A program made the translations under genes and the position numbers. Below, piece by piece: positions 36,109 through 49,789 of a stretch of DNA of 64,000 nucleotides. The DNA is from Octopus sinensis (Eukaryota), in contig NC_043010.1 of the NCBI RefSeq assembly GCF_006345805.1, positions 61,008,001 to 61,072,000 of the forward strand. The letters are read 5' to 3'. The notes below the pieces were generated by a model, which was given only the letters and a program-made list of their open reading frames with translations, did no database searches and was not told the DNA's origin. How positions within the stretch are numbered: the stretch's first letter is position 1; every line of letters begins with the position of its first letter.

Positions 36109-38279
36109 TTTTGCTCTTATTGCAATCTTGCTTTATTCCAGACCCTGGCAACCCACATTTCACCACTGGGTTGTGGTAGGGATAAACTGAGGGTCAGATT
36201 AAGCCTACTGTTCAGCAAGGTGACTTGTGTGTGTGTTTAAGGTTATGGGAAAGATGTTCCAAATGAGAAAAGGCAAGACCAAATCAGGCTTCAGGGAGTT
36301 ACAAAGGTTTCTCTCTACAATTTATGTATTGGTAACTGAAATTGTAACTGGAGGAGTTCTAATATTTGCCCCACAGCAATATCTTACCTCCACAATACTA
36401 GAAGAGTGAAGGGACCTGACATATTGCGTGTGTGTGTGTGTATGTGTGTGTGTGTGTGTGTGCCCTTGTCTTCACATCACATGATGGCTATAAAATAAGC
36501 ATCACCATCGTACATACAAGTAGTATCGTTCATTTCCAATGTTTCCTGAAAATATATCCAGCCATGGAGCAATATTACCTGACTTAGAAAGAGGTGAAGG
36601 TTGGTGACAGGAAAGGCATTTGGCCAGAGAAGATCTGTGGAGGCACATGGCTTAGTGGTTAGGGTGTTGGACTCATGCTCCAAAGATTATAGTTTCGATT
36701 CCTGGACTGGGCAATGTGTTGTATTCTTGGACAAAACACTTCATTTCACATTGCTCCAGTCCACTCAACAGGCAAAAATGAGTCATCCTGCGACAGACTG
36801 GCATCCCATCCAGAGGTAGGTTATACGCACAGCAGAAACCAGGAAACTGACCCCTATCGGTCTACATGACTTGTGAAGGATCTTTATCCTATCTATAGAA
36901 AATCTGTCTCAACAAATTCCATCAGACTCATGCAAGCATAGAAAAGTGGATGTTAAAACGATGACGATGACAATGATGATGATTCTATTTGTTAAATCAT
37001 ATCCTAACAATACAATTAAGATAAGCTTTTGACCCAATTGGTCAGTGTTGGTCTGTATCAATGTGTACTGACTGAGAAATCATGGTTTTGTGCTTTGCAA
37101 TGAAGGAGAGTCTATTATTTGAGAGACAAGGTTGAATATGCCAACAAACCTGTCCGCATTTCTTATTCAGTAAAGAGTCTTACCAGAGATGCTAGCCACT
37201 ACTTCAACATGGATCTCTTTAGGAGAGTTATCCACAATGAGGGGTGAAAGTGTCTACTGGTTTCAGAACCTGGTCTTCTTCAAGGAAGAAGAGGGAATAT
37301 ATCAAAATCTTGTCAACCAGGTCATAAAATTTGAAGGAGGAGAAATCCACATGGTCCAATGATAAGCTAGAAAGAATAGTCAACTCTCACTCAAATCACA
37401 ACCTACCATCTTAAAAAAAGGGAAGGACGCATTGATTAAGATAACCCTGTGATTAAAAATAAAAAGATGAGATGGTCATGGACAGAAAGTCTTTAATCCT
37501 TAATACCTTGGATCAGGACAATCCTGGAGTTAAACATCAACATCTCTAATTATTGGTTTCACATTTTGGCACAAGGCCAACAATTTCGTGGAGGGGCTAA
37601 GTTCATTAGATCGGCCCCAGTGCACAACTGGTATTTATTTTATCAACCCTGAAAAGATGCAAGGCAAAGTTGACCCCAGCAGCATTTGAACTCAGATCAA
37701 CATCTCTTCAATTTGTAGAAGGCCATCAATTAACACAATGAGTTAACCAAGTTGTTGTTGTTTAACCTCCAGGTCAGTCTTCATTGAGCAGCAGACCAGG
37801 ATCAAATACCTTCCAACCATGACCAACCCATTTTGCTTTCAGGCCAAGTCTATGTAAGACTACATTATCCAAAGTGTTCCTTTTTAAAAATATCAGCTTT
37901 GTTTTGAAGGAGATTTAGCTACTATTCCTACCATGTCAAAGAACTATCTAAAGGTCCCCCTATGCGGCTTATGAACCTCATACACCCTTCAACATTAGAA
38001 TTCAGTACTGAATGCAAAGATGAAAATATCAGAAATACAAGTCTGGTCGGGATTCACAGTTCCTAGGGAAGTTCTGCCAGTGAAAACAGAAAACTGAATC
38101 TAACAAAGACGGAGGTTTTCTTCTGAAAATCTCAAAGACATCCTTACAATAAATTCCAGACTGAAACTACCCAATCTGATCTTGGCAAACATTGTCTAAG
38201 GGCCATAAACAGGAAACTGCAGGTTTAATGCAACATGCCTGGGTTTAGACAGATATTGCTATATTTATGTGTGTTGCGT

Positions 38280-38500
38280 GTGCTGGCAGAATCGTTAGCA
38301 TGCCGGGAGAAATGCGTAGCTGTATTTCGTCTGTCGTTACATTCTGAGTTCAAATTCCGCCGAGGTCGACTTTGCCTTTCATACTTTCGGGGTCGATAAA
38401 TTAAGTACCAGTTTCGCACTGGGGTCGATGTAATCGACTTAATACCTTTGTCTGTCTTTGTTTGTCCTCTCTGTGTTTAGCCCCTTGTGGGTAATAAAGA
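38280..38500 (+). mobile_element. Family-M SINE
   Basis: GCTGGCAGAATCGTTAGCATGCCGGG..GAGTTCAAATTCCGCCGAGGTCGAC..GCCCCTTGTGGGTAATAAAG. Confidence 0.85.
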
Positions 38501-40169
38501 AATATATGTGAATGTGTGTGTGTTTCTATATTCATACAGGCACAGCAGTGGCTGTGTGGCAAGAAGCTTGCTTCCCAACCACACGGTTCCAGGTTCAGTC
38601 CCACTGCTTGGCACCTTGGGCAGGTGTCTTCTACTTATAGCCTCTGGCCGACCAGACCAGAGCCTTGCGAGTGGATTTGGTAGCTGGAAACTGTAAGAAG
38701 CCTGTCATATACATATATGTATGTATGTATTTGTGTCTGTGTTTGCCCCCTCCCCACCATCGCTTGACAACCAATGTTAGTGTCACTTAACGGTTTGTCA
38801 AAAAGAGACTGATGGAATAAGTACTAGGATTACAAAGAATAAGTTCTGGAATTGATTTGTTTGACTAAAGGTGGTGCTCCAGCATGATCACAGTCAAAAT
38901 GACTGAGACAAGTAAAAGAATAAAAGAGTATAGGCACTGGCATGGCTTACAGATGCAGTCATGGCTATGTGGTTAAGAAGTTTAGCTTCCAAGCACAGAG
39001 TTTTGGGGGTTCAATCCCACTGCCCAGCACCCTGAGCATGTGTCTCCTACTACAGCCCTCAACCAACCAATCTTTGGGGTTAGACTTAACAGACAGAAAA
39101 AATGCTTGTGGTGGGTGTTAGTGTTTATGTCTCTTGTCCTGATGTCACATGGCAGTTGTAAATGAGTGTCACTGTCGTACAAGTGGGGTTATCCGTTAGA
39201 AATATGTCTGATCGTGGGGAAAATATTATCATGTTTGGAAATAAGTGAAGGTTGGTGACAGGAAGGGCATCCAGAAAATCTGCCTCAATTGACTCCATCC
39301 GACCCATGCAAGCATGGAAAAGTGGATGTTAATCAATGATGCCACTGCCGATGATGATGATGATGATGATAGACATGTATTTAGTCTCCCTGCAAAAATA
39401 TAATCAATAGCTAAAGGTGAGGAATTGGCCAATAATTGTTCCATTTTTCTTGAAACCCATCAAGGTTGCTGCTTCTCTCATCTCCCAATTACCAAAGTTA
39501 CAAAGGACACACACACACACACACACACATACAAACACATGCATACACACACACACACACACACACATACATACAAACAGATGCATATATACGCACACAC
39601 ACACACACACACACACACACTTATGCTTATGCGTGATTCCTTGACTGTTGCTGTTGTAATGATGTCAATGAATCCAGAGGAGCTGGAATGAAAATGAGAT
39701 GACAGATGATAGATGGGAGATAAAGATGAAAAGAGAAGATATACAGTGAGATAAAAGAGATGAGAGATGTGGTGCTACTCCCTGTAGCAGTTCTCCATCT
39801 GTCTAGGACATCCGACAATGAAGATATAATCACTGGCAACATGGCTTCTCCACTACGACTCCCACCCCACCTCCTCTTTCCTTCCTTCCTCATCATTGAT
39901 GCTAGGGAATCGATAGACAAACTGCTGCCACCGCTGCTGCCGCCGCTGCTGCCACCGCTGCTGCCGCCGCTGCTGCTGCTGCTGCTGCTGCCTCTCTACA
40001 CTTTAACATATTTCAAATTTAAATACACACACACACACGCATACAGCATATGCACAGACGCTCACTGCACACACACTTCGTATACTTACACACTACATAT
40101 ACACATATTACACACACACACACACACGCATGTGCACATGCATATTGCCAAAATCATCAAGCAGTACTA

Positions 40170-40635
40170 GACACACACACACACACACATACACACACAA
40201 CACACACACACAACACACACACACATACACACACAACACACACACACAACACACACACACATACACACACATACAACACACACACAACAAACACACACAC
40301 ACAACACACACACACAACACACACACACAACACACACACACACAACACACACACACATACACACACATACAACACACACACAACAAACACACACACACCA
40401 ACACACACACACACAACACACACACAACACACACACAACAAACACACACACACAACACACACACAACAAACACACACACACAACACACACACACACACAC
40501 AACACACACATACAACACACACACACAACAAACACACACACACAACAAACACACACACGCAACAAACACACACACACACAACACACACACAACACACACA
40601 CACAACAAACACACACACACACAACACACACACAA
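40170..40635. repeat. Interrupted (CA)n expansion with (CACA..CAA) sub-periodicity
   Basis: Read directly. Confidence 0.9.
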
Positions 40636-40960
40636 ATCTAGCATTTGCATCAACATGCATGCACACACACACAATTGAAAAATTTTGCCTGCCTCGACTC
40701 ACATCCAAACACACACACACTCACAGCCAAGAATAACTTTTGCAACATACACATACAAGTACTCACACACACACAACAACAAGAAAAAGGAGAGACAATT
40801 TCTTTCTGTGGCACATGAAAGGCGTAGGGGAGGGGAGGGGCACAAGAGTTGTTTGATCAGAGTTCAAGAGGTAATTACTGGAATTTGTTTAATTAATCAA
40901 CCAGGTGAGACGAATGAGTGAAGTGAACTCTGGATGGATTCAAACTCACAATATTGAGAA

Positions 40961-41189
40961 CGGCGAGCTGGCAGAATCGTTAGCATGCCGGGCGAAATGC
41001 ATAGCCGTATTTCGTCTGCCGTTACGTTCTGAGTTCAAATTCCACCGAGGTCGACTGTGCCTTTCATCATTCCGGGGTCGATAAATTAAGTACCAGTTAC
41101 GCACTGGGGTCGATGTAATCGACTTAATCCCTTTGTCTGTCTTTGTCTATCTCCTCTGTGTTTAGCCCCTTGTGGGTAGTAAAGAAATA
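40961..41189 (+). mobile_element. Family-M SINE with 11-bp TSD
   Basis: AATATTGAGAA at 40950-40960 and 41190-41200. A box TGGCAGAATCG, B box GAGTTCAAATTCC. Confidence 0.9.
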
Positions 41190-41447
41190 AATATTGAGAA
41201 ATCAGACATAAATTTACTGAAATATCTTCCAACTCCATCCAATTATTTGCTGTCACCATAGCACCAGACTAGATTTCTCTCAGTCCTTTGGTCTATGTTG
41301 GTTATGTATATGGGAGAGCTGTGACTGCTGAACACCATCATGGGACACTGCCGTCAAACACTGTCTCTTCATGTATAGACAAAAGGCTATATGCACTTAG
41401 CTCTTGTTACATAGAGAAAATGCTATTTGCACAACCCTTCTTATTTA

Positions 41448-41548
41448 GACAAAATGCTATATGCACTGACAAAGGGCTATGTGCACTGACAAAGGGCTAT
41501 GTGCACTGACAAAGGGCTATGTGCACTGACAAAGGGCTATGTGCACTG
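41448..41548. repeat. 20-bp minisatellite (GCTATGTGCACTGACAAAGG)n
   Basis: About five units, the inner ones identical. Degenerate precursors at ~41378-41435. Confidence 0.9.
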
Positions 41549-42342
41549 CCCTTGTTGGACCAAATACAAAAGCTAACACAAAAAGCTTTTGGTCCAATAT
41601 TCCCACGTCTGTCTTAGTTTGATTAAAATTCTACTACTACTACTGCTGCTGCTGCTGCTACTACTACTACTAGCAGCAGTAGTAGTAGTAGTAGGTCAGC
41701 CCCATGATCAACGGTCTATATTATCTGTGTCCCTCCTTTTCTGAAGACAGTGTCATATGACGGAAGTTTTTGTTGCTATTTCTTGCAAGCAAAGAATCTG
41801 AGTAAAGTTTCTTGCTCAAGCAATCAGTTGTAAAGTGGAGAGAGAAGACTGTACCAGTTACGGGCTGGGGCTCATTTTTATAGTTGGATAGACTGAAGCA
41901 AAGTGAAACAATGTGCCTTGCTCAAGGAAACAATACATTACATGGGCCAGGAATTGAACCAATGAGCTGATAATTACATACTCAACACTCTAACCACCAG
42001 ACCAATGATTTTCAACTGGGGTCCATATAAGATTTTGTTAAAATTCATGTGCAATAAATTGCTCCATACTTCTACAACACATTTTTAAATACAATTCCTA
42101 ACAATATTTAATTATAAAAATATAGTAGGATCTTTTTTTTATATACCACTGAATGGCTTTGGAGGTCCAGCAGAGTAAAAGAGGAAGATAAGGGGTTTAC
42201 AGACAAAAAATGGGTGAGAACCCCAACACCAGACCAACCACATCCCTTCACCTGGGGATGGGCCAAGTAAAAGAAATCATTCATTAATGCTGTTACATCA
42301 CCAAACACTGAATTTTTGGAGCTGATTGTGCCATATTCCAGA

Positions 42343-43170
42343 CATCATCATCATCATCATCATTTAACGTCCGTTTTCTATGCTGGCATGGGTTGGACAG
42401 TTTGACTGGGGACTGGCAAGCCAGGAAGTCACACCAGGCTCCAATCCGAACTGGCAGTGTTTCTACAGCTGGAAGCCCTTCCTAACGCCAACCACTCCAA
42501 GAGTGTAGTGGGTGCCTTTTTATGTGCCACCAGCATGAGGGCCAGTCAGGCGGCACCTTAATCGGCCATGTTTGGATGGTGCTTTTTACATGCCACTGGC
42601 ACAGGAACCAATTGGGGCGGAGAGGTTGGCATTGACCACATTCATATAGTGCTTTTTACGTGCCACCGGCATGAGGAGCCAGTCAGGCAGCACTGGCAAT
42701 GACCCACGCATGCATGGTGCTTTTTATGTGCCACCAGCATGGGGGCCAGTCAGGCGGCACCTTAATCGGCCATGTTTGGATGGTGCTTTTTACGTGCCAC
42801 TGGCACAGGGGCCAGTTGGGGCGGAGAGGTTGGCATCGACCACATTCATATAGTGCTTTTTACGTGCCACCGGCATGAGGAGCCAGTCAGGCAGCACTGG
42901 CAATGACCCACGCATGCATGGTGCTTATTGTGTGCCACCAGCACGTGTGCCAGTCAGGTGGCACTGGCATCAGCCACAACTACAAATTTCCATTTGATTG
43001 TGATTTGATTTGATTTTCATTTTCATTTTACTTGACTCCATGGGTCTCCTCAAGCATGGAATGTTGCCCGACAATTCAAAGGACTTTTTAAATGGGGCTG
43101 ATTATGTGACACTGGTGTGGGCTACGGCTGGGATCTCACTTTACTTGCCGGATCTTCTCAATCAATGTCT
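42343..43170 (-). mobile_element. RTE 3' end with expanded internal 66-70-bp tandem array
   Basis: (CAT)n tail, the shared RTE 3' terminus, and seven units starting GGTGCTTTTTA.GTGCCAC at 42511-42975. Confidence 0.85.
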
Positions 43171-43861
43171 ACCGATTCCCTCCCTGCTCCAATCCCTTTA
43201 TTGTATTCCCTCTCTCTCTCTCTTTTTTTTCTTAATCTTTTACTGCCATTGGGCCCGATAGATTAAAAGAGAATATTTATTATGCCAAGATACAAAGACA
43301 TTACAAGCCACAGATGCCAACATCCACAAGCTACTAATTTCATTTTACATCCAAATAAGGCGACAACCACTAAAACTGAACATTTGAGAAATAAACATAA
43401 TCATTAGTTTAAGAAATAACGAGCAATTAATCTGGGTAAATTTCAAGATCTTTGCAAGCTTTTCTTCTCATGTAAGATGAGTGAAGTTGTGACACAGAAA
43501 AGAGAAAATGGCTTCTACAAAGACTTATTGTTGGAAAAGTCAGTGAAAGAACTGCTGCTCCTTCATCTGTTGCCCATGACAAGTTTATTGGAAGTGACCA
43601 GTGGCCAGTGGTGTAGTAGGAAGTAGCAATTAATGCCAGTTAATCACCAACCGTTAACAGTCGACCAGCAAACACATCACAACATCTGTTGTAAGATAGG
43701 AAACCACTGCCACAGTCAGTCTGACATTAATGGTCAAACAGTGACAAAAGAAGAAAGAAATAAGAAGAAAGGACGGTGATGGGGGGAAGGACACATACTA
43801 CCACCAGTGGTTGGTGACTGCACAACCATTGTTTGTACTGACTGGTTCTTTTTGTTGATGC

Positions 43862-43897
<36 letters not shown>

Positions 43898-43919
43898 TGT
43901 TGTTGTAGTAGTAGTAGTT

Positions 43920-43966
<47 letters not shown>

Positions 43967-43978
43967 TGTTGTTGTTGT
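43862..43978. repeat. (AGT)n/(GTT)n microsatellite
   Basis: Read directly. Confidence 0.95.
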
Positions 43979-44699
43979 CATTGTCTGTTGTCGCTATGGT
44001 TGTCATTGATCTTGTGGATATTTAGCCTAGTATCAACAACCCTGACTAAATTAGACCAATGATCAAAGACATTCCAGCTGTGGCCATCCCCACCCTCTGT
44101 CCAGGAATATAGAGAAGTACACAACCTAATCTTCCTTCTTTCCATCAACATAAAGGATGCAGTTTCAAGGAGATTTGGCTGCTATTTCTGAGCAACCAAA
44201 CAACCATACAAAGCTTCCTTTGTTGACATTTCTCTTGTTATTTAACCCCAAGCCAGCCTGGATCCAGCAGAACTCTGATCGAAGGTATTCCGGCCATGAT
44301 CAGTTATAGGAATAAGTGGTCATATATCATGTCTTTATGTCTCCTAACTGGACCCTATTTTTTAATTACTGATTATAGGGGCGAAGTGGTCTTTTGAAGT
44401 ATGCTTTCATGGTTCCTACATGCTCCCCTAGTATTGACATAAGGAGGAAGGTAGTCATATCTTCATAGCCCCTAAATGGCTCCCATTTGGTCCCTAATTA
44501 GTATTCACTAGTTATAAGGAGAAGGTGCTCATCTGATGTATGTCCTATTGACCCCTACTCAGTTATAAAAGGAAGGTCGTATGATATAATATGTGTTTGT
44601 GGCCCCTAAATAAAACACTAAGGACAGTTTTATCAGTGGCATTTATTGTTAGTACAATTGCAGTGCTGAAAATTGGTTCTTTGGATTAGCATTGGGCCA

Positions 44700-45022
44700 T
44701 TTCTTATTTCTTTACTGCCCACAGAGGGGACAAACAAGGACAGACCTCAGTGGAATTTGAACTCAGAACATAGCGGCAGACGAAATACCTATTTCTTTAC
44801 TACCCACAAGGGGCTAAACACAGAGGAGACAAACAAGGACAGACAGACGGATTAAGTCGATTATATCGACCCCAGTGCATAACTGGTACTTATTTAATCG
44901 ACTCCGAAAGGATGAAAGGCAAAGTTGACCTCAGCGGAATTTGAACTCAGAACGTAGTGGCAGACGAAATACTGCTAAGCATTTCGGCCAGCGTCCTAAT
45001 GTTTCTGCCAGCTTGCCGCCTT
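44700..45022 (-). mobile_element. Dimeric family-M SINE
   Basis: Junction GGCAGACGAAATAC|CTATTTCTTTACTACCCACAAGGGG, the same as at ~35395. Confidence 0.8.
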
Positions 45023-45769
45023 GGACCATTTCTAGTAAACAAAATCCTGCAAATTTCTCTCCAAGCCTTCCTTGATTGCAATTACAATTTGTACAAGGTT
45101 TTGTTTTGCTTTTACCAAAATATAAAAACATAAGTGAGAGATGTCAAATGTTTGAGCCAAAAGGTGATCGGTTCTTAACAGCTGTTGGGGATCAATAAAG
45201 AACAGAGGCTTTACTAGAACAATATTGATGCCACATCATTGGACTATGTTGTCTAATGTATTCTTCCTTGGTTCAGTCACTGGATGGCAGCCATGATGCA
45301 GCACCACCTTGAAGGATTTCAGCTGAACAAATCAACCCCTGTACTTATGCCTGAAAGCCATAGAAATTCACAGACAATCATTTCTGACTCTTTCCAGAGG
45401 TATGGCAAGGAGCTGAATCCTGCTGCCACACATATGGCCCTCCAGCAGGAGCAGCAGCAGCCCTCCCTCCCCCAGCCAGGGTTTCACCACAATCTCCATC
45501 AGCCTCACTTTGCCATTTGAAGTGAGCCTAAAGCCTAGTTCCAAGATGTGGGGGTTGCATGACAGCCCTCTCACTGGACACCCACCCAAAGACCCTCACA
45601 GTCCAGTTCCCTTAATTTATTAAGTCTGGTCTGTACTTTTTTGTCTCTTTTGCCAAACTGCTAACTTAAAGGGAACATAAATAAACCAACACCAGCTGTT
45701 AAGTAGTGGTGAGGATGGAGTGGGTATTGCAAACACAGACACAAAGATACATACAGGCATGTGTGTACG

Positions 45770-46516
45770 TATTGGCTGACACGGAGGACTGGAAGCCATC
45801 AGAATATTGGGGAAGAGTTACCTGTATCAGGATGATTTGCACCAGGTGTCAAAATGCTGGCATCCTGACTGCTGCCCAATACTCTGTGGAGGCTGTAAAG
45901 GCTGTAAGAGATGGCATGGACATTATGGGAACTGGACTGTGAGGGTCTTTGGGTGGGGGTCCAGTGGGAGGGCTGTCATGCAACCCCTACATCTTGGAAC
46001 TGGGCTTTAGGCTCACTTCAAAAGGCAAAGTGAAGCTGATGGAGATTGTGGTGAAACCCTGGCTGGAGAGGGAGGGCTGCTGCTGCTGGAGGGTCATATG
46101 TGTGGCAGAAGGATTCAGCTCCTTGCCATACCTCTGGAAAGAGTCAGAACTGATTGTCTGTGAATTTCTATGGCTTTCAGGCTTTCTAATTCCCCTGATT
46201 GTAATCCTATGGGTTCCTGGGTGAGGGGCACAATTGAGAAAGACACCAACTGCTCTGCCTGCAACAGCAAGGCTGAGCTGGTGGCCAAGATCAAAGATCT
46301 CCCAGGGGCACAGTAAAGAACATATACACCCGGTTCCTTAGACATCCTGAGGCCATGGTAGAAGCTGAGGGTGGCTTCAGAGTAAATTGTTATCACCGAA
46401 CTGTAATCGAGTTGGCATTTTGGGGTTTCTTAAAAAAAATTTTTATTTTTGGATGAGATATAGCTTTTTTCTTTTCCTTTTATACAAACTGTCAAATTTA
46501 ACCTGAACACCCTGTA
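45770..46516 (+). mobile_element. Decayed Tc1/mariner-superfamily (maT/DD37D-like) transposon, 3' part
   Basis: VKPWLER..YVWQKDSAPCHTS..NSPDCNPM..V.G.IEKDTN, ending ..CACCCTG|TA. Confidence 0.75.
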
Positions 46517-47545
46517 TATACACACACACACACAATGGCTTCCACACAGTTTCCACCTACTAAATTCACTTGCAAGGCATTGGTCAGCCCTGGGACTATA
46601 GCAGAAGAAACTTGCCCAAGGTGTCAAGCTTTGGGACTGAACCCCAAATCACATGGCTACAAAGTGAACCTCTTAACCACACAGCCATTCCTGCATTCTG
46701 TAATGTGAGGGAAACTTGGCTGCTATTTTTAATTGGTTGCATGTTTTAAGACATAAATGTAGGACACAAAAGATAACAAAGTCATTCATATACACCCTGT
46801 GTAAATAAAAAAAACAATCATGAGAAATGCTCTTTATAGGTCTGCTAAATGGATACTGACCTAGGGCTAAACAAACATGACCCTTTAGAGGAGTCCTTCC
46901 TAGACACAGGTCTGTAAATCTTGTCTTCCGGCCGTGAAAGGCCTGTTTAATACAATGCAAGTCAAGAGAACTGACAGCTGTACAGGATGGTTTGGTCTTG
47001 ACAATCAACTGACCTAAATCGCAGATTAATGATCGGAATGAATTGGGCCAAAGATTGAAAGAAAAATGGTCACCATCTGTTGAATATTGCTGACAACTGC
47101 TTCAGTGCTGTTAGGGGAGAGACGGGGGGAGGGGAGATTTGTCTAGAAATCACATCCAAGCAAAACATTATAATGTTGAGTCATCAAAAACATGCAGTAA
47201 TTATGATTTCGTGAATGTCTCTTTGTATTTTCACTTCATAAAGTTAAAATATGCTATTTCACTAATTTAACATTTTCACTACTTATCAACGCTTGTGTGT
47301 GTGTGTTTGTAATAATAATAATAATAATGTTAGTGAGAAGAAATGAGGGAACTGTCCCTTTATTTATATACAGGTACAGAAAAATCTTCAAATATTCCAA
47401 GGAAAGAACAAAAAAAGAATTTTAAAAAATAAAGTAAAATAAGTAGAATATTTACATTAAGATATTTAATAACCTTATTGTTATTACCAATATACTATTC
47501 TGTACGCTACTAAAAATGCATTATTCCTATATATACATATATATA

Positions 47546-47584
<39 letters not shown>

Positions 47585-48687
47585 CACAACACTCATTTTC
47601 ATTACTTCCTCTTCCATTCATCTCTCTCTCACCAATTTCTCTTCCTCTTCCATACTGCTTGTACTATTTTTTTATTCCATCTCCTTACCAACAACCAGCA
47701 TCTAGTTGCCCATTAATCTCTCTTCTATTACTTCTTGCTCCTGTCACTCTATTCCCGCACCCTGTCTTAACTTCCCTTCTATTACCTTTTTGCCCCAGTT
47801 CTTTCTCTTTCATCACTCTTTCTTACACTCACCATCTTGGTCAAGCTGACCTTATGAAATGAAGACAGTGTAAAAAAGACTTTTTAGTCTTACCAGGGCC
47901 AAGACAATCTTTCCACTGCTGCCATAAGAAGCATCTAGTATGCTCTGTAAAATGGTAGAACTCAGAGTAGATAAGGCTATAGATTGTAGCATGTAAATAT
48001 TAAGTTAAGAACTCCTTTGGATAGAAAACTTGTAAAATGTCTGTCATATTCTCAGATGTGTGTTTGAGTCCCATGAACTGCTTTCATCTTTCTCCATCCA
48101 AAAGGTTCTTTAACACAATATTTACCATGTTACTATTCATAGCTTCATCCACTTCAAGTTAAAAACAGATTATTTCATGTTTCTTGAAGTTTCTAAATTC
48201 TTATGACGTAACCAATTAAACAGAAGACCCCTTTCGATTTAAACAGAGGTAAAGACCCCCTTCAGTCATGAATGACCATCGAATTGTACCAAGAAAGTTA
48301 CCCTCCGAGGCATAAATTTGGACAAGGTTGTTTATGGAAGACCAGCAGTCACCCATGCATACCGGCCTCCCCTCTCCATGCCACTGATATTATCCAATGG
48401 AAGGGAAAAGGGGCCGATACGGCTTGGCACCAGTGACATCACAACTCATTTCTACAGCTGAGTGAACTGGAGCAACGTGAAATAAAGTGTCTTGCTCAAG
48501 AACACAACTCAGAGCCTGGTCCAGGGATTGAACACACTACCTTGTGATTGTGAGCCTGATACTCTAACCACTGAGCCATGTGCCTTCACATATGTATATA
48601 TATGAATGTGTATGCGTATACGTGTATGTGTGTGTGTGTGTTGACTCAAAGGAGACTGTAATGAAGCCAAAATTAACTTCAATGCAT

Positions 48688-48734
48688 CACAGTCTAATGA
48701 TGGTTTAACTAGCTGAAACTTCAAAGTTACTGTC
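48688..48734 (+). ncRNA. Decayed full type I hammerhead-like motif
   Basis: cACAGT-CTAATGA-T-GGTT-TAACT-AGCT-GAAACTT-CA-AAGTT-ACTGTc. All three stems are visible, but the core has G5 changed to A. Confidence 0.65.
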
Positions 48735-49151
48735 ATTATTCTTGTTGAAGAATGATAAATCAGCAGTGGTGCCCCAGCATGGCCACGGCCTTTGGGCTAA
48801 AACATTTTTAAGGATTTTTAAGGATTTGTACTCAACAGAAGTGAAGTACAGAGTAACCCATCAAATTAATGTAAAATTGTTTTTATTATGATTGAACGTA
48901 AAAACAAATATTAATTTTTATATATAAATATATTCTTTTATTTATTTCAGTCATTTGACTGCGGCCATGCTGGAGCACTGCCTTTAGTCGAACAAATCAT
49001 CCCCAGGACTTAATCTTTGTAAGCCTAGCCTAGTACTTATTCTATCAGTCTCTTTTGCCGAACTGCTAAGTTACAGGGACGTAAACACACAAACATCGAT
49101 TGTCAAGTGATGGTGGGGAGGCAAACACAAACATATATATATATGTATATA

Positions 49152-49350
49152 ATGGGAAGGTTTACGAAAATAAACAAAAGACAAAGGCAAGTTTACGAAA
49201 ATAAACAAAAGACGAAGGCAGGAGGAGTACAAACAAACAAATGTATTAGTATGGCGCTCAGGAATAGAAATAGAACAAGTCTTTTACGTTTCGAGCCTAC
49301 GCTCTTCAACAGAAAGATACACAGAAAAAAACAAGGAGAGAAAAAAATGC
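49152..49350 (-). mobile_element. Short Penelope-type element with variant hammerhead (49280-49317), nested in the (TA)n of a family-B SINE
   Basis: Minus strand: TCTTT-CTGTTGA-A-GAGC-GTAG-GCTC-GAAAC-GTA-AAAGA. Stem I (5 bp) and stem II (4 bp) are perfect. Confidence 0.8.
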
Positions 49351-49543
49351 GTGTGTATGTGTATATATATATACATACGACAAGCTTCTTTCATTTCTGT
49401 CTACCAAATCCACTCACAAGACTTTGGTTGGCTCGAAGCTACAGTAGAAGACACTTGCCCAAGGTGCCACACAGTGGGACTGAACCTAGAACTATGTGGG
49501 GTTGGTAAGCAAGCTACTTACCACACAGCCACTCCTACGCCTA

Positions 49544-49574
<31 letters not shown>

Positions 49575-49789
49575 TGATAAAAATGGTAAGACAACAGAAG
49601 AATGAAAGAGACCTCAATATTATGTAAATAGAGGAATTTTTCTGTAAATATAATATGTGACAATTATTCGGTAGCCATGATAAAACTCCGAGTTTCGGAT
49701 GCTGAGGTGGAAATATATATATAAGTATATATGCATACGTGTGCGTTATGTATGTGTGGTAGACAGAAGACCGGCTGTTATTCATGGTG

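Noticed and set aside
42511-42975. CRISPR-like repeat/spacer appearance
   Set aside because: The apparent spacers are homologous to each other and recur (ABC-ABC), the array lies in a LINE 3' UTR, there are no cas genes, and the context is eukaryotic.
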